From the NCBI GenBank assembly GCA_002070205.1, contig MWCU01000054.1, positions 11,968-75,967 of the forward strand: DNA of 64,000 nt. Reading direction: 5' to 3'. The notes under the pieces were generated by a model. That model saw only the letters and a list, made by a program, of their open reading frames with translations, ran no database searches and was not told where the DNA came from. Origin of the DNA: Firmicutes bacterium ADurb.Bin182. GTDB lineage: Bacteria > Bacillota > Clostridia > Christensenellales > CAG-138. Within the stretch, counting starts at the first letter, position 1, and every line of letters begins with the position of its first letter. Made by a program: the position numbers and the translations under genes. Shown one piece after another: positions 62,859 to 64,000 of this stretch.

Positions 62859-63811
62859 ACGAAATTTGCTTTTATTCCGTCAACCGCTTTATAACGATCC
62901 TTCAATTCACGGGTTATGAAAACCCTCTGCCGCTTGTCGACAAGAACGGCTTGGGTGTCCGGGAAACAGCCGAGGTATCGCAGTCCTTTCTCCATTCCCG
63001 CCACGAATATGAGCGTTGACAGAGCGTCCGCCGTCATAGCGCTGTCCGCGATCACCGTAACGCTGATAAGTCCCGATTCGGCGGGATATCCCGTGGTAGG
63101 ATCAAGTATGTGATGCCTTCTTTTTCCTTTACGGTCAATAAAATACCGCTCGTAATCGCCGGATGTAACTACCGCTTTGCCGGTCACCTTGACTGCTCCG
63201 ATTAAGGCTCCGGCATGTCTCGGGTGCCGGATGCCGACGCTCCATTCGGACCCGTCGGGCTTATTTCCGAGTGTGGACACATTTCCGCCGATATTGACGG
63301 CGGCTGAAGTCACGCCATGGTCTTGAAGCACTTTTATGCACCGGTCGCTTGCGTACCCTTTCCCGATACCGCCCAAATCTATTGATTGACCCGGTTTACG
63401 AAGGCAGGCTGTTATATTGACAGTATCCAGTACAAGATCGCGAAAGCCGACTTTTTCTTGAGCATTCCTGATTTTTGAGTTATCCGGAACGCGGTTCGAA
63501 TGCTTGTAGTCCCATAAATCCATTAAAGGCGCGACGGTAATATCAAACAAACCCTGAGATATTTCGGAAAGCTGAAGCGCGAACGAAAGGATCTCGAGCG
63601 TTTCGCAGTTGATTTTTACCCGGCCCGAACCCGCAAGCATGTTTATCCTGCTTATTTCGCTATTTTGAATAAAGCGGCTCAACATGCTTTCAAGCCGCGA
63701 AAGCTCCGATTTCGCGTATGAAAGCGCCTGCTCGGAATTTTCGCCGTAAACCCTGTATGAAATGCCCGTGTTCATGCCAAAGCTCTCTGACGCCGCAGCT
63801 GCTGATTGCAT
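62855..63811 (-). CDS. apbE: FAD:protein FMN transferase (ApbE family)
   Basis: FGMNTGISYRVYG, DLGGIGKGYA and HHILDPTTGYP motifs. GGGAGGG RBS. No signal peptide visible. Confidence 0.85.
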   Translation of the reverse strand: MQSAAAASESFGMNTGISYRVYGENSEQALSYAKSELSRLESMLSRFIQNSEISRINMLAGSGRVKINCETLEILSFALQLSEISQGLFDITVAPLMDLWDYKHSNRVPDNSKIRNAQEKVGFRDLVLDTVNITACLRKPGQSIDLGGIGKGYASDRCIKVLQDHGVTSAAVNIGGNVSTLGNKPDGSEWSVGIRHPRHAGALIGAVKVTGKAVVTSGDYERYFIDRKGKRRHHILDPTTGYPAESGLISVTVIADSAMTADALSTLIFVAGMEKGLRYLGCFPDTQAVLVDKRQRVFITRELKDRYKAVDGIKANFV

Positions 63812-63836
63812 GATTGATTCCCTCCCGAAATCCTTG

Positions 63837-63864
63837 GTGAATGAATATGTTCATGTTCATTCAC
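63837..63864. promoter_or_regulatory. inverted repeat upstream of apbE
   Basis: GTGAATGAA-N10-TTCATTCAC. Confidence 0.35.
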
Positions 63865-64000
63865 CCGTTTTCCTTAAAAACTGCTCCTTATTCAGAGCAG
63901 AAGTCATAAAAGCCCGTCCGCCGGGTCTGCGCCGTTTTACACCTGCCTGCCCGTTATGAGCAGTCAGTCAATCCTTTCATTATCAATTCCGTCATAGTAC

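Overview
This 64-kb window looks like chromosomal DNA from a Clostridia-type Firmicute. That assignment rests only on gene content and protein sequences read from the ORF track. Conserved housekeeping blocks are present: tilS-hpt-ftsH, a PHP phosphatase, prs, murC, nadE, a PBP2-type transpeptidase, rsmA, pckA and a long-form SRP RNA. Accessory material interrupts these blocks. (1) A 1.2-kb segmental duplication (PNPOx-family gene plus SAM methyltransferase) brackets a deacetylase, a sortase-anchored beta-helix surface protein and a solo IS200-type tnpA. (2) A 1531-aa repeat adhesin gene sits between two copies of the neighbouring gene's terminator. (3) An AT-rich array of three orphan RHS-tail toxin cassettes, each followed by lipoprotein genes, has no full-length rhs gene nearby. 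(4) An AbiEi/AbiEii module lies inside a duplicated pckA-downstream segment. (5) Several dispersed, hairpin-rich intergenic repeat families occur. One is a 190-290 bp element in three copies with conserved boxes and covarying stems, and I cannot assign it to any family I know. The best candidates for something new are that structured element family, with its adjacent hairpin array, and the detached RHS cassette array, whose putative immunity proteins are extracytoplasmic. All family names come from motif recognition by eye. No searches were run.
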